NCBI GenBank assembly: GCA_000091205.1
Contig: AP006492.2
Reading direction: 5' to 3' (one strand)
DNA from: Cyanidioschyzon merolae
Taxonomy: Eukaryota
Length of the DNA stretch: 64,000 nt
Below are positions 40,076-51,020 of the stretch, piece after piece; position 1 is the stretch's first letter; each line of letters opens with the position of its first letter. The notes under the pieces were generated by a model. That model made no database searches. It worked only from the letters and a program-made list of their open reading frames with translations, and had not been told where the DNA came from. The position numbers were made by a program, and so were the translations under genes.

Positions 40076-42981
40076 TGTGTGCATGCTGCACTGTACTCAA
40101 TCCAGACTGGCATCTGGGGTTCTTGAGACGAATTACTTGGACATGAAGCGTGAGTATGCTCGAGCTACCAGCAGCAACAAACTTTTCGACGTGTGCACGC
40201 GGATGTTCGGTATGTTGCTGAGCAAAGGCCCTAATGTCAAAGCTCACCGGCCATGCCGTGACTGTGGTACTCCAATGTTCTTGGCGCGAGGAACAGAGTT
40301 TGGCCAGCTCACGGATAGACCATTTTTCTCCTGTCAGCAGCAATGCGCGCTTGCTCTAATGCAGATATTTTTCTTGTAAAGAAAGATCAAACGTATACAA
40401 TTTCAGCTTCCAGGTGCTACTATCTACAGGAAAACTGTAGAAGGGAGCCTTTCCCAAGAATCCAGCTAAGCTTCGCTAGAATGCGTCAGAAATTTCACCC
40501 CGCTAAAATGAATATCGTTGAACATGAACGATCGCTCCAACGTGGATCGCCGTTTCCAGGGTTTCGCTGACCCATGATCGCTAAACATACCCAAACGGTT
40601 GCATCGCTCTGGATATAATGTTTAGAGTTGTCTATGTGCTGCACTCGATTAAATGTCAAGCTCCCTTACTATTGTTCGATCGCTCGAAAAACACCCTGTG
40701 ATGACGAAACGCTCTGGGACCGTGACTAAAACGGACTTTCTGTCAGGCACCCCTGCGTTTTTGCGTGATATTGCCGACTTGTACCAAATAATAAAGCACC
40801 ATTATCGTACTCCAAATGCCCAAGGGAACCGTTCCCCGTGTATATATACGGCGTTCCTGCCTTACCGTGTTGCTGACTGCAAAAAATTGGGAACTTTTCT
40901 CGAGGCGGTGAACAACTGCCCCTTCGCCCAGCCACTGAGTTTCTTTCATCGGAATTGCTCGGCGTTTTAGCAGATTGCGCGCATTGGAGACTAAGCGATT
41001 TCCTCGTTATTTTTTTTGAAATAAAGCTGCTGGGCGCACTGGAAGCACAGAACATTTCCTGATGTTCGTCGGGCGGTTCAAGTCTCGGTAAAGAGAGTGC
41101 ACGCGCACATTTGTTGCGGAAGAAATTCCATCTCAGCAAGCCACGCACCTTCTATCGCCTCCCAACCTGACGTTCGACCAGCTTACTGTGCACCTTTCTG
41201 TGCGTCCAGGTCTGTTTATCTCTCCTCTCATCTGGCGGTTTCCGGGTCACCCATGATTTTGCATTTCTTTATGTCGTACTAAATTTCTCAATAGGAATCG
41301 CAGAGAATCGATTCCTGCACAGGCTGTACCATTCGTCGAAAGTGCAGCAGCGTAGCTCTCGTGCTTTACAGCACGTCAAGCGAATATGCTCCTTTCAGCA
41401 AAGGACTCGTCTTGTCTTACATTTCGTTTTCAAGGTCATTAAAAAATAGTCCGAATGTATGCCTCTCGTTCCGGTACAATGAGAACGGTTAGCGACTCAG
41501 AGCGGCATCAGCCACTCGAGCCAAAGATTATCGGCTTGAGTCATTGTGACATTCTTAGACACTCTGGCTGTAGTGAACTTAGCATCAGCCTCTGCTCGAT
41601 GCGAAGTTCAGAGCATCGACATGGGTCCTGATGCCGTCATTCCACTTGTTGGTATGCATCCTGGCTCCTTCCATGCCTGATTCACGTAATTAGTCAGCTC
41701 TGAGAAAACTGAGCAGCTTCATCTGCCTGTTTTCAAGCCCTCGGCTCCAGTCTATTGATTTAGAGGTACTGCCACGGCCTATATGCTCTGCAACCGGGGT
41801 TCCACGCGCACCGCAAAGTCGTTTCCTGCATCTACATTAAACGGCAGAGAATTCATCTAGTTCTTCGACGCACTCCGCGCCCTCACAAAAGACATGCGGA
41901 TGGATTTGCACTCGGTCGCTGCCCACCCCGCAGACTTCTTTCAAGTTATTCCATTAAAATGAAAGTCTCTGTTCGATTTTTGCCACTGTTCCCTCCAAAG
42001 TCCCTCGAATCCCTCATAATAGCTCGAAGAGGCCAGCCTTTGCTCACTGAGAAGTCCATGCAATACGGTACACCGGTTTCTGCCGTAATATGCTGACCCT
42101 CGATGTAAGATATATGGACCAAATCGAGTAGACGCTATAAGAGACAATGCCACTCGAATTTGGGGAGGGAGCGTACTCAGATCTGGAAGGTTTCGTCCAG
42201 GAAAACCTTGCAGCACAAGATGGAAGGAACACGTGCAGAAAGTTTCAACCATCCTCATGATATGACTTCTGTCGGCCGAATGCCGAGAGCAAGACGAAGA
42301 ATAGGTATGATAGAAACTGGCTCTCGCTATCGTTGCGGCATCCCATCTGCCACCACCGGCTCGCAATTTGCTTCCATCGATGTCGCAAGAGCCCTCTCCG
42401 TCAAAGATCGCTTAATTCCGCCCGACGCGGGTAGGCACAACGGGTACTGGGCCAAGAGTATGCGCTTCATACAGCGCTCGAGATTTAGCGGGTGCATGGT
42501 TTTGTTTTGTGGGTTAGCTTGATACTTTTCGGCACCAGCGATGAAGGTACTTTCATTATCGATGTGGCATGAGCAGACGACAACGTATTCTGGGAAGCAC
42601 GTGTTCTGATTTCTGATTCTGCGATGACGGCGCTTTACATATTCCACCCTAAGCATCAGTCGTGTTAACTCACGAAAGGTCGATTGAAACATTTCAATGG
42701 AATGCGGACAGCTGGCGTTCTGCATCGAGAGTTCGTACACAGAGTTGTGAGACGGGGAGCTTCAGTTCAAGGCGAGCGGAGCGACATTCCTCGAATGAGG
42801 AGGTACACGGTGCCTAATGGCATCCTGCTCCCTAGTTTTGGAAGATTCTCCCGGGTGAAGTGTTTTAGCAGGGAGTCTTTGATTGCGTTTCCAGAATAGT
42901 CTTTTCGCTTGGAAACTTTTCCTCTTCTGTGTATCCTCTTCGACAGTTCAGGGGAAATTTCCATGTTTTTCTTTTACTGTG

Positions 42982-44176
42982 CGAGGTGGCATGGATGCGG
43001 TGGCAACACTCCATGCCCGGTTTTCTCTCGAAATACAGACGCGATGGACAGGCGTTGATACAGAAACTCGCTCCCTCCTATGTATACGTCTCGTTCTACT
43101 TGAGGATCCATTCCTCACCTTTCTCGAACTGGGAGCCCCAACCGACCGGAGAGCTCGTTTCCGCTCGTTTCCGCCCACGAGCCGAGCAGCAACACAGCAG
43201 TTCCTGTGCACCAATAGCAGACAACGCATTGTCGAAGAACGATTCGCCATCGAACCGAGTCGCGGATGTAAAAGACTCGCCTGCGCATTGGTGCCCATGG
43301 AAATGGCGTTCGCCAACAGAGCAGATGCGTTCGACTGAACTCGACCGGGGCGAATAGGCTGGTACGAGGAGCAGCGCAGCGCCAATGTCACCTGCGTGCT
43401 CGTTGACCTCTTCAGGGTGATGGAAAGCGACGTTGACGCAGAGTCGCACGGAGCCGTGTAAGAACGAGACGCCGTGGAATGCTGCGAAGAACAAGCATGA
43501 GGCGTTCAAGACTTCGACCCGTTTTCCGACGCAAAGCAAAACACACGACTCAGTCGCCGTCTGGGCAGATACTCTCGGAATGCGCGTGTGTCGCTTCTCT
43601 GTGAACACTTGTTGCTCCCGCTCTGGGTGCCCGTACACATGTCCCCCGTTTCTCCCGAACGAGGTCTCATCGAGTGTGACGAACATCTGCCATCTGCATG
43701 ATAAGCGTTCGCATGCCCCCGCGAAACTGGCAGCACGGAGCTCAGCGCGGAACGTTCTCGCACAGAGGCGCGTTTTTTCCTGTGTCCATGTGCGTCCCTT
43801 TATCACCGTCCGTTTCAACTGTGCGGAGATTGCACACCTTGTGTCTCTTAGATGCTATTTCGCAGATAATATATGTGGAGTGGAACGCATTCATGTCGGG
43901 AATGCAGTGCAGACAGAGCCAAATGTGCTCTGTCTGGTGAGTACGACTTGCAGCAAAAGGACCACGAGAACAGCGGCTGATCTACCTGCCGACCAGAGAA
44001 TACCTGACATGGACAATAAAGACCGTTTTCTTGGCAAGCTAGCACAGACGGCAGGAAGTGTTCCCGCGACCGTTCTCCCACCTACGGGATACAACCTTTT
44101 GTTGAATATTCGCGAGGTAAGAAAGGTATAGCAAAGAAAGCCGTGCTGGTACAGGTGTTCAAGTATTTATTTATCT
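42982..44176 (-). repeat. interspersed repeat family A, copy 2 (truncated to the first ~1.2 kb, inverted)
   Basis: Reverse-complement identity to 18652-19846 and 45524-46715. The 'cagataaataaatacttgaac' terminus is at 44176, facing RPL19. Confidence 0.8.
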
Positions 44177-44606
44177 GTGGGAAATAGAAAAAGATCAAAG
44201 TAGACCGCCTCTATAGAAGAGCAACTGTGTACGAAGGCCTCTGCCTGAACTATATGCAGCACCTAGATCCAATCATTGAGAATACCGTTGCACGTTCGAC
44301 ATGTTTCTAAAGACACATTCTAGATACGCACACGTTCGCAGATGTTTCAGGTATTTGGATGCTCGTCGCGTGTCCGCCAGCAGCCTCATTGAGGAACAGC
44401 TCATTATCCGCTTGACCAATTCTTTCCAAAAGCAACCGATTCGATGTGCGCCTACGATGCGCTGGGGGTCGCCCACGGCATGTTCTAAATTTGGTTCCAA
44501 GTTTGTCCTTGTTATTACAGAATTGATCGGATTGGGTGCAGCGGCGTCCGGCGCCACCGCAGTGCCGAAACGAATGAAGAGTCGTCTTCGTCTAAGAGTA
44601 ACAACC

Positions 44607-45266
44607 ATGGTTACGACGTCGATCAAGCTGCAAAAGCGTCTCGCGGCAGCTGTTGCCGGGGTTGGTAAGAAGAAAATATGGGCTGACCCGGCAGAGATCG
44701 AGAAAATCGCTCTTGCGAACTCACGCCAGTCCGTGAGGAAGCTGCTACGGGATGGCGTCCTTGTCCGCAAGCCGCCAGCAATGCACTCGCGTGCGCGTGT
44801 ACGTGAGCGCCTTGAGGCGAAGCGCAAAGGTCGCCACACAGGACCAGGTAAGCGGAAGGGTACAAGGGACGCACGCTTGCCCCAGCGCGTCGTTTGGATG
44901 CGGCGGCAGCGCGTTCTACGACGTTTGCTGCGCAAATATCGCGCGCAGGGTAAAATCGATAAACACCTCTACCATGAGCTTTATCTCAGGTGCAAAGGCA
45001 ACGTCTTCAAAAACAAGCGAGTGCTTATGGAGCACATACACCGGGCTAAAGCAGAGAAAGCACGTGAGAAGGCCATTTCTGAGCAGCTGGAAGCGCGCCG
45101 TATGAAGAACAAACTCCTTCGCGAACGTCGAGCAAATCGCGCGGAGGAACGCCGGTTGAAGGAAGCAGGCATTTCAATGGAAACTACTGAGCGAGAGGGT
45201 GAGACTGCGAGCAGGTCTCGGCGCCGACGTGGCCGCCGCGACGAAGCACTTGCCGCTGATAGCTGA
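44607..45266 (+). CDS. RPL19: 60S ribosomal protein L19e (eL19)
   Basis: Translation from the ATG at 44607 (aacaaccATGG context): '[56 protein letters not shown]...[41 protein letters not shown]...[35 protein letters not shown]', a strong match to eukaryotic eL19. The upstream in-frame extension from 44301 is not L19-like. Confidence 0.9.
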   Translation: MVTTSIKLQKRLAAAVAGVGKKKIWADPAEIEKIALANSRQSVRKLLRDGVLVRKPPAMHSRARVRERLEAKRKGRHTGPGKRKGTRDARLPQRVVWMRRQRVLRRLLRKYRAQGKIDKHLYHELYLRCKGNVFKNKRVLMEHIHRAKAEKAREKAISEQLEARRMKNKLLRERRANRAEERRLKEAGISMETTEREGETASRSRRRRGRRDEALAADS

Positions 45267-45523
45267 ATGCGCTTAAGCACAATGCGGACGGCTTCGTTCC
45301 CGGTAGCCTGTTACGCAGCATCTGGAATCCTCGTCGAATGACATACCAAACTGAGGCACCTAAGAACTTGCATCCCTGATACTGAAACGCAAGTCTATCG
45401 AGTTCATCGGTCCGCTTCCGCGCTACATTGTACTCCGGCGGTCAGCAGCAGCTCGATTGGACAGCGCACAAGAAGGCACTTTCACTCTACCAGGGACGCT
45501 TTAAGCGTCTTGTTCTACTCAGA

Positions 45524-48003
45524 TCAGTAAATACTTGAACACCTGTACCAGCACGGCGTTCTTTGCTATACCTTTTCTATCTCGCGAATATTCAACAAAA
45601 GGTTGTATCCCGTAGGTGGGAGAACGGTCGCGGGAACACTTTCTGCCGTCTGTGCTAGCTTGCCAAGAAAACGGTCTTTATTGTCCATGTCAGGTATTCT
45701 CCGGTCGGCAGGCAGATCAGCCGCTGTTCTCGTGTTCCTTTTGCTGCAAGTCGTACTCACCAGACAGAACACATTTGGCTCTGTCTGCACTGCATTCCCG
45801 ACATGAATGCGTTCCACTCCACATATATTATCTGCGAAATAGCATCTAAGAGACACAAGGTGTGCAATCTCCGCACAGTTGAAACGGACGGTGATAAAGG
45901 GACGCACATGGACACAGGAAAAAACGCGCCTCTGTGCGAGAACGTTCCGCGCTGAGCTCCGTGCTGCCAGTTTCGCGGGGGCATGCGAACGCTTATCATG
46001 CAGATGGCAGATGTTCGTCACACTCGATGAGACCTCGTTCGGGAGAAACGGGGGACATGTGTACGGGCACCCAGAGCGGGAGCAACAAGTGTTCACAGAG
46101 AAGCGACACACGCGCATTCCGAGAGTATCTGCCCAGACGGCGACTGAGTCGTGTGTTTTGCTTTGCGTCGGAAAACGGGTCGAAGTCTTGAACGCCTCAT
46201 GCTTGTTCTTCGCAGCATTCCACGGCGTCTCGTTCTTACACGGCTCCGTGCGACTCTGCGTCAACGTCGCTTTCCATCACCCTGAAGAGGTCAACGAGCA
46301 CGCAGGTGACATTGGCGCTGCGCTGCTCCTCGTACCAGCCTATTCGCCCCGGTCGAGTTCAGTCGAACGCATCTGCTCTGTTGGCGAACGCCATTTCCAT
46401 GGGCACCAATGCGCAGGCGAGTCTTTTACATCCGCGACTCGGTTCGATGGCGAATCGTTCTTCGACAATGCGTTGTCTGCTATTGGTGCACAGGAACTGC
46501 TGTGTTGCTGCTCGGCTCGTGGGCGGAAACGAGCGGAAACGAGCTCTCCGGTCGGTTGGGGCTCCCAGTTCGAGAAAGGTGAGGAATGGATCCTCAAGTA
46601 GAACGAGACGTATATATAGGAGGGAGCGAGTTTCTGTATCAACGCCTGTCCATCGCGTCTGTATTTCGATAGAAAACCGGGCATGGAGTGTTGCCACCGC
46701 ATCCATGCCACCTCGCATAGTTAAGGGGCACAAGAAGAAGGAAGCGGTATATATAAGCATCAACGTTGCGTTCGAACTACTTTGCAAAGCGCGGTGGCGG
46801 CGCTTGGACAAGGTTTCTCGATAACAGGAAAGAAATACCGGAAACGTTTATCCGGACGATGGAGACCGACGGGATGCCAACCAGCATGCACCTTGCGGCA
46901 CGTATGCCAGAGTCGAGCAGTCAGACTCATTTCCAACCGTTCAAGGTTGATGAACAAACAGAGACTTTGTGGTCGGGGTCGATCCGTGACACTCGGCATC
47001 ATAGCCGTCTCCGTACCCCTGAATCAAGAGGGCGGTGCTAAAGACCTACAAGGAGAGCAGATAAAGCAGCTCGAATTTTCCAGTGCTCGATATGATCGGC
47101 AATCGGGCATGGTAGACGCCAGGCGGCATACCATCCAGAGGAATGGTTGCTCGAGAGCCCATCTCGACGCCCTGAGGACGGTAGCGCGCAGAGGGTAACG
47201 CTTTGTGCGCCTCACTCAGAGGGGGAGCTCATGAGCGTCAAACTGGCTCCAGCGGACGATCTTTGACAAGAACGCGTGGTGCCGAGCAGGGAACGCACAT
47301 GGTGCCGGCTCCGCAGAGGCGAGAAGCTCGTGTTCGCAGACTTTGTGGATGATGTGGGAAACGAAGTGACCGCCCAGTAGGGTCGATTGACGGTAGCCTA
47401 TAGCGCTGGACCTACTCCAGCTCACAAAGTCTGCAGTGATGCTCGCTCCCGTCGAGAGCTTGCTACAAGTTCAGGGATTGATTCTGCACGATTTCGACCG
47501 ACGCATTCACACCGTCATGCACGCAGCACGATCTCGGGAACAGGCTGAAACTTGTCGAGAAGAGGCGATTGAATTAGAGACCGTTGCACGAGATGGTGTG
47601 CGATACGCTGCTTGAACGCCCGATGGCGAGGCAATCGGAGATGCAGAGACTGCTGTGGTGTGCTTTCACCAGCCACAATGTGCTCAGGTTCTTTCTGCAT
47701 CGCGAGTTGATCGCCTCGATACACATCTGGCAATGTCTCGTGGTTCCGAAGCGCACAGCGGCTGTGTCGAGCGAACTTTCGGGAAAATCGTCTAGTTCTG
47801 CTTGTTGGCATTGCACTGACTGCCTGCAAGCTGTCGGTAAAAGCGCATCAGTGTTCAAGAACTGCCCGACTGAATGCCCGCTCGGAGCATAGCGCTGGTA
47901 CGGTATGGGTGAGCAATCGAGCGAGGCTGAAGCGGCCTGCTCATACAACGGGATCGGTTTCTCGGGGCAGAGGATGATTGGTAATGGTGTTCGAGTATTC
48001 GAT
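45524..48003 (+). repeat. interspersed repeat family A, copy 3 (full length, ~2.48 kb)
   Basis: Near-identical to 18652-21147. Its 5' end lacks 'ataa' relative to copies 1 and 2 (cag-taaatac vs cagataaataaatac). Confidence 0.8.
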
Positions 48004-48481
48004 CTTACTGCGTTTGAAGCAACCTAGAGTCCTGTTCCAAATAATCTCTTTTGCCCGAGATAGAACCCATTTGCATTTGCGCCGATATGAGCAGGTCCGT
48101 GTGGCAACGTGGATGAGAGCGTTCTGGAACTCGAATCAGAAAGGTGCGTTCCCTCTCAGCATCCAGCTAAACGCAACTTCTGAAACACGAAACTCTATTC
48201 GATCCGTAGATTCGACCAGCGAATATTTCGTCTTCCCTTGCTCAGAGAATTTTGTACGGATAGAGATACGATGGAACCGCGGCCTCCGGGAGTTCCGCTC
48301 ATGCACATCAACTGTTGCAACGGGTGGTGCTTTTGGCAGTCCCCATCGCACTGCAAGAACCTGGTCCATCTGCGTTGCGTCAACGAGCACCACGACAGAA
48401 GAGCTACGAATTTTCACAGTAATTGTTCTCAGATGGCGTCGCAACATACATTTGTTCAATGGAACGAAAACGTTTCGCGAC

Positions 48482-48890
48482 CGGAGGATAAATTAAGCCC
48501 CACCCGCAGACGTCTCCCAGCCATTTTCGACTGGTCTCCTGCTATCGTTTCAGTTTTTATCCAGCCACATTTCGAGACTGGTAGGCCCTCCCACAAAGTT
48601 GGATCGCCTCTGCTCCGCGGGCCTCGTCTGCAGCACCGCACATCTTCTGATATTGAGAGCGGCGTTAATGTTTCTGTTTATGAACTCCATACGTTTCTTG
48701 TCGCCGCTTGTACTCTCCAGTGCAAGTGATACTCGAACTCGTGCCCTCTGTGCTATTTGCTGCTTTGCCAGCTCTCTGTACTTTTCTATTGCCGAAGCGC
48801 TTCGCTGGCTCTTCTCCATTGCGAACTTTTGAAGAGTAGACCCCAGCTCATCCCATAGATTTCTTGATTTTGAAAATGAATGCACTACTT
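48482..48890 (-). pseudogene. TnpB/Fanzor-like C-terminal remnant (ORF 48550-48885: '...KKRMEFINRNINAALNIRRCAVLQTRPAEQRR...') plus conserved 3' tail (48482-48549)
   Basis: Aligns to copy-2 C-terminus. RuvC-III Asp replaced by Asn (N-x-NAA-x-NI). Tail reverse-complement 'ggctgggagacgtctgcgggtggggcttaatttatcctcc' matches the copy-1 tail. Confidence 0.65.
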
Positions 48891-48935
48891 TCTGCTCGTA
48901 GGTGAGGGTCGTGCCGGAGGGATAAGGAATTGCAG

Positions 48936-49809
48936 AAGAATGAAGAAATGTGCCTCGGAGTCACTGTGTGCTGAACGCTTCAGCGACTCGGCCAGTGGTG
49001 CGATGATTACGTTCCACGATACGAAACGCTCCTTTGATGCCGTTGAAATACGGAGCCTACTGAGGAACAGAAAGCAGCCCTGCCCCGATAGAATCGGCAA
49101 AACTTCGAACGCAAAGGGAAAGGTGAATGATCACCTTGTCCAATAGAAGGACATCGCTAGACGTCAGGGGACAGTCTTCAATAATTCCATAAAGTGGTTG
49201 ATGCTATGTATGAGCCTTGACTAGGAGTCCAAACTGAGGTCGCAAAATGAATCCACTGCGGTTCGAACAGATGATGGTATCCCGTTTCTCTTCGCGTTCG
49301 ATTGTACTTAGAACGGGCTCCCTCGCAGCGAATACCCATATACGCTCGGACTGCTTCGCCAGAAGGAAGTCTCATCGACTGAAAGCAACAGACCGACGTC
49401 CCGCTGCGTTATGCGGATTGCAACATTCCAGGAATGCTGTCGATGCGGTTTCGGTGGAAGATGGCCGTTCCTGATCTAGGACTCTGTTTTTGCGACTGTA
49501 TCCCAGTGTTTTGTTTCCAGAACCACACGAACAAGATGTTGAGCCACACGGGCGCCAGTGGTGGCTACTATCGTGGCTTTTGCTTTGTTTAGAGTCATCA
49601 ACGGGGCGTTTTACACCATTGACCGCAAGCAGGCTTTGAAAATATCGGTTTTTTGGCGCTGAGCGCATATTCGTGGTTCTGTCAGTGTTCCTCAACCATC
49701 TGAGTACTGTGGTATCACTGGCCTGAAGGGGGAATGCAGTCCTCGTTGCACTGTTTAGTAAGAATTATCCTGAAGGCAATCGGTATCAGATCTGTGTGGT
49801 ACATTTCAT
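48936..49809 (-). repeat. repeat family C, copy 2 (874 bp, inverted), abutting the TnpB-like remnant
   Basis: Reverse complement of 34027-34900. Confidence 0.8.
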
Positions 49810-50660
49810 ACTGGTTTCGATCTCCTGCTATACACCACAGCGGGAGTGAAGCAAAATTGAGTCGAACGACTTTGAGCCTAAGTGCACTCTTTAAATTTGG
49901 TGAGCTGATATGATGCCTACCAGGAGTAGCAGTGCAATTTGCGTGTTTTTCACCAGACCACTAAAAAAGAGCGCATGTGCGGACCTGGAGCACGAACTAG
50001 CTCGAGAATACAGAAGTGATGTAAACCACCGATGTGTCGTGCACTGATGGTTCAGCGACATTGCAGGTCTGAGAAGCAGTATGAAAAATTTGGAGTCAGT
50101 AATCTTATCGCCTCAATAGGCCGGGAAGCGTCTTTCGGAAAGTACTCCAGTGCAAGTATTAGATACGGTGTGACAAATTTGAAGCCATTCATCAGGTCTC
50201 TTTGAGCGATGTGGATACATCTTTCAGAAACTCAGGCTAAAAGTGTTCATAATTATGGAATAAAATGGAGCTGTGCCTCTGCTCCATTCAGCGCCGGATT
50301 CGTTCATATTCTCAAAAAAAAGCTCCTTCCAGATGCTCCTCCCGTTCTGGAGAAAGTATTCGAGGAGATCGTTATGTACGCTGCATTCCGTTCACAAACA
50401 CAGCATTGCATGATGCGATAAAAACACTAGAACGCGTCCGGTGTACCGGGTTAGGCTGCTACCAAGGTTCTGCCGAACGTGGAAAACTCTAAAACAGCAC
50501 AAGACGCTGAATAGCGCGCACCGCTAGAAACAAGCCTATGCTGGTCACGTCGCGGCGCGTGGTGGAACAACGAATCCGTGTATTCCACATACACTGAAGT
50601 ACCGCATGAAAATTCCCAAAATTAAGCTGCGGTGAAATAAGTAGAACTGAAGTACTGCTT

Positions 50661-51017
50661 TCAACTTTCGACGTCAAAACGAAGCGCCTCCAGCTCCTCG
50701 AGTACGTCGTCTGGCAACTCGGCCAAGATACCAATGGCATAACAGCCCGGAACTTTTCGGCTTAGCCGCTGCCACTTTGCAACCCAGCTCACTTTCGGTC
50801 TATACAGGGCCACTAGACCGGAAAACTCTGCAGTGGTAAACGTCAGGACCCTCTCGCGGTCACCAGTTCCAGCTTCAAATAAGCCCGGACAGTTTTCGCA
50901 CCCGTAGGCTAGAAACTGCGCTACCGACTTGACCAAGCCACAGGATAGGCAGGCCCGAAGCTTGCTGGACTGGACTTCAGAGGGCACCACAACAATGTTC
51001 TCAGAGGCTTCAGTCAT
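50661..51017 (-). CDS. SPT4: transcription elongation factor SPT4 (DSIF small subunit)
   Basis: 'LRACLSCGLVKSVAQFLAYGCENCPGLFEAGTGDRERVLTFTTAEFSGLVALYRPKVSWVAKWQRL' matches the SPT4 zinc-ribbon (C-x2-C...C-x2-C) and NGN-binding region. The start is taken at the Met at 51017 (MTEASEN...), which gives the typical ~119 aa. The ORF continues in frame upstream to 51134. Confidence 0.8.
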   Translation of the reverse strand: MTEASENIVVVPSEVQSSKLRACLSCGLVKSVAQFLAYGCENCPGLFEAGTGDRERVLTFTTAEFSGLVALYRPKVSWVAKWQRLSRKVPGCYAIGILAELPDDVLEELEALRFDVES

Positions 51018-51020
51018 GTT

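Noticed and set aside
44301-44606. In-frame upstream extension of the RPL19 ORF (102 extra codons)
   Set aside because: The extension has no similarity to eL19. The L19 homology begins exactly at the Met at 44607, which has a good initiation context. The upstream stretch is an ORF-finder artifact.
48316-48355. Apparent similarity between 48316-48355 and 12380-12430 downstream of two TnpB-like copies
   Set aside because: The match is short and low-complexity (~30 bp, ~75%). Its orientation is inconsistent with the element orientation, so it is likely coincidental.
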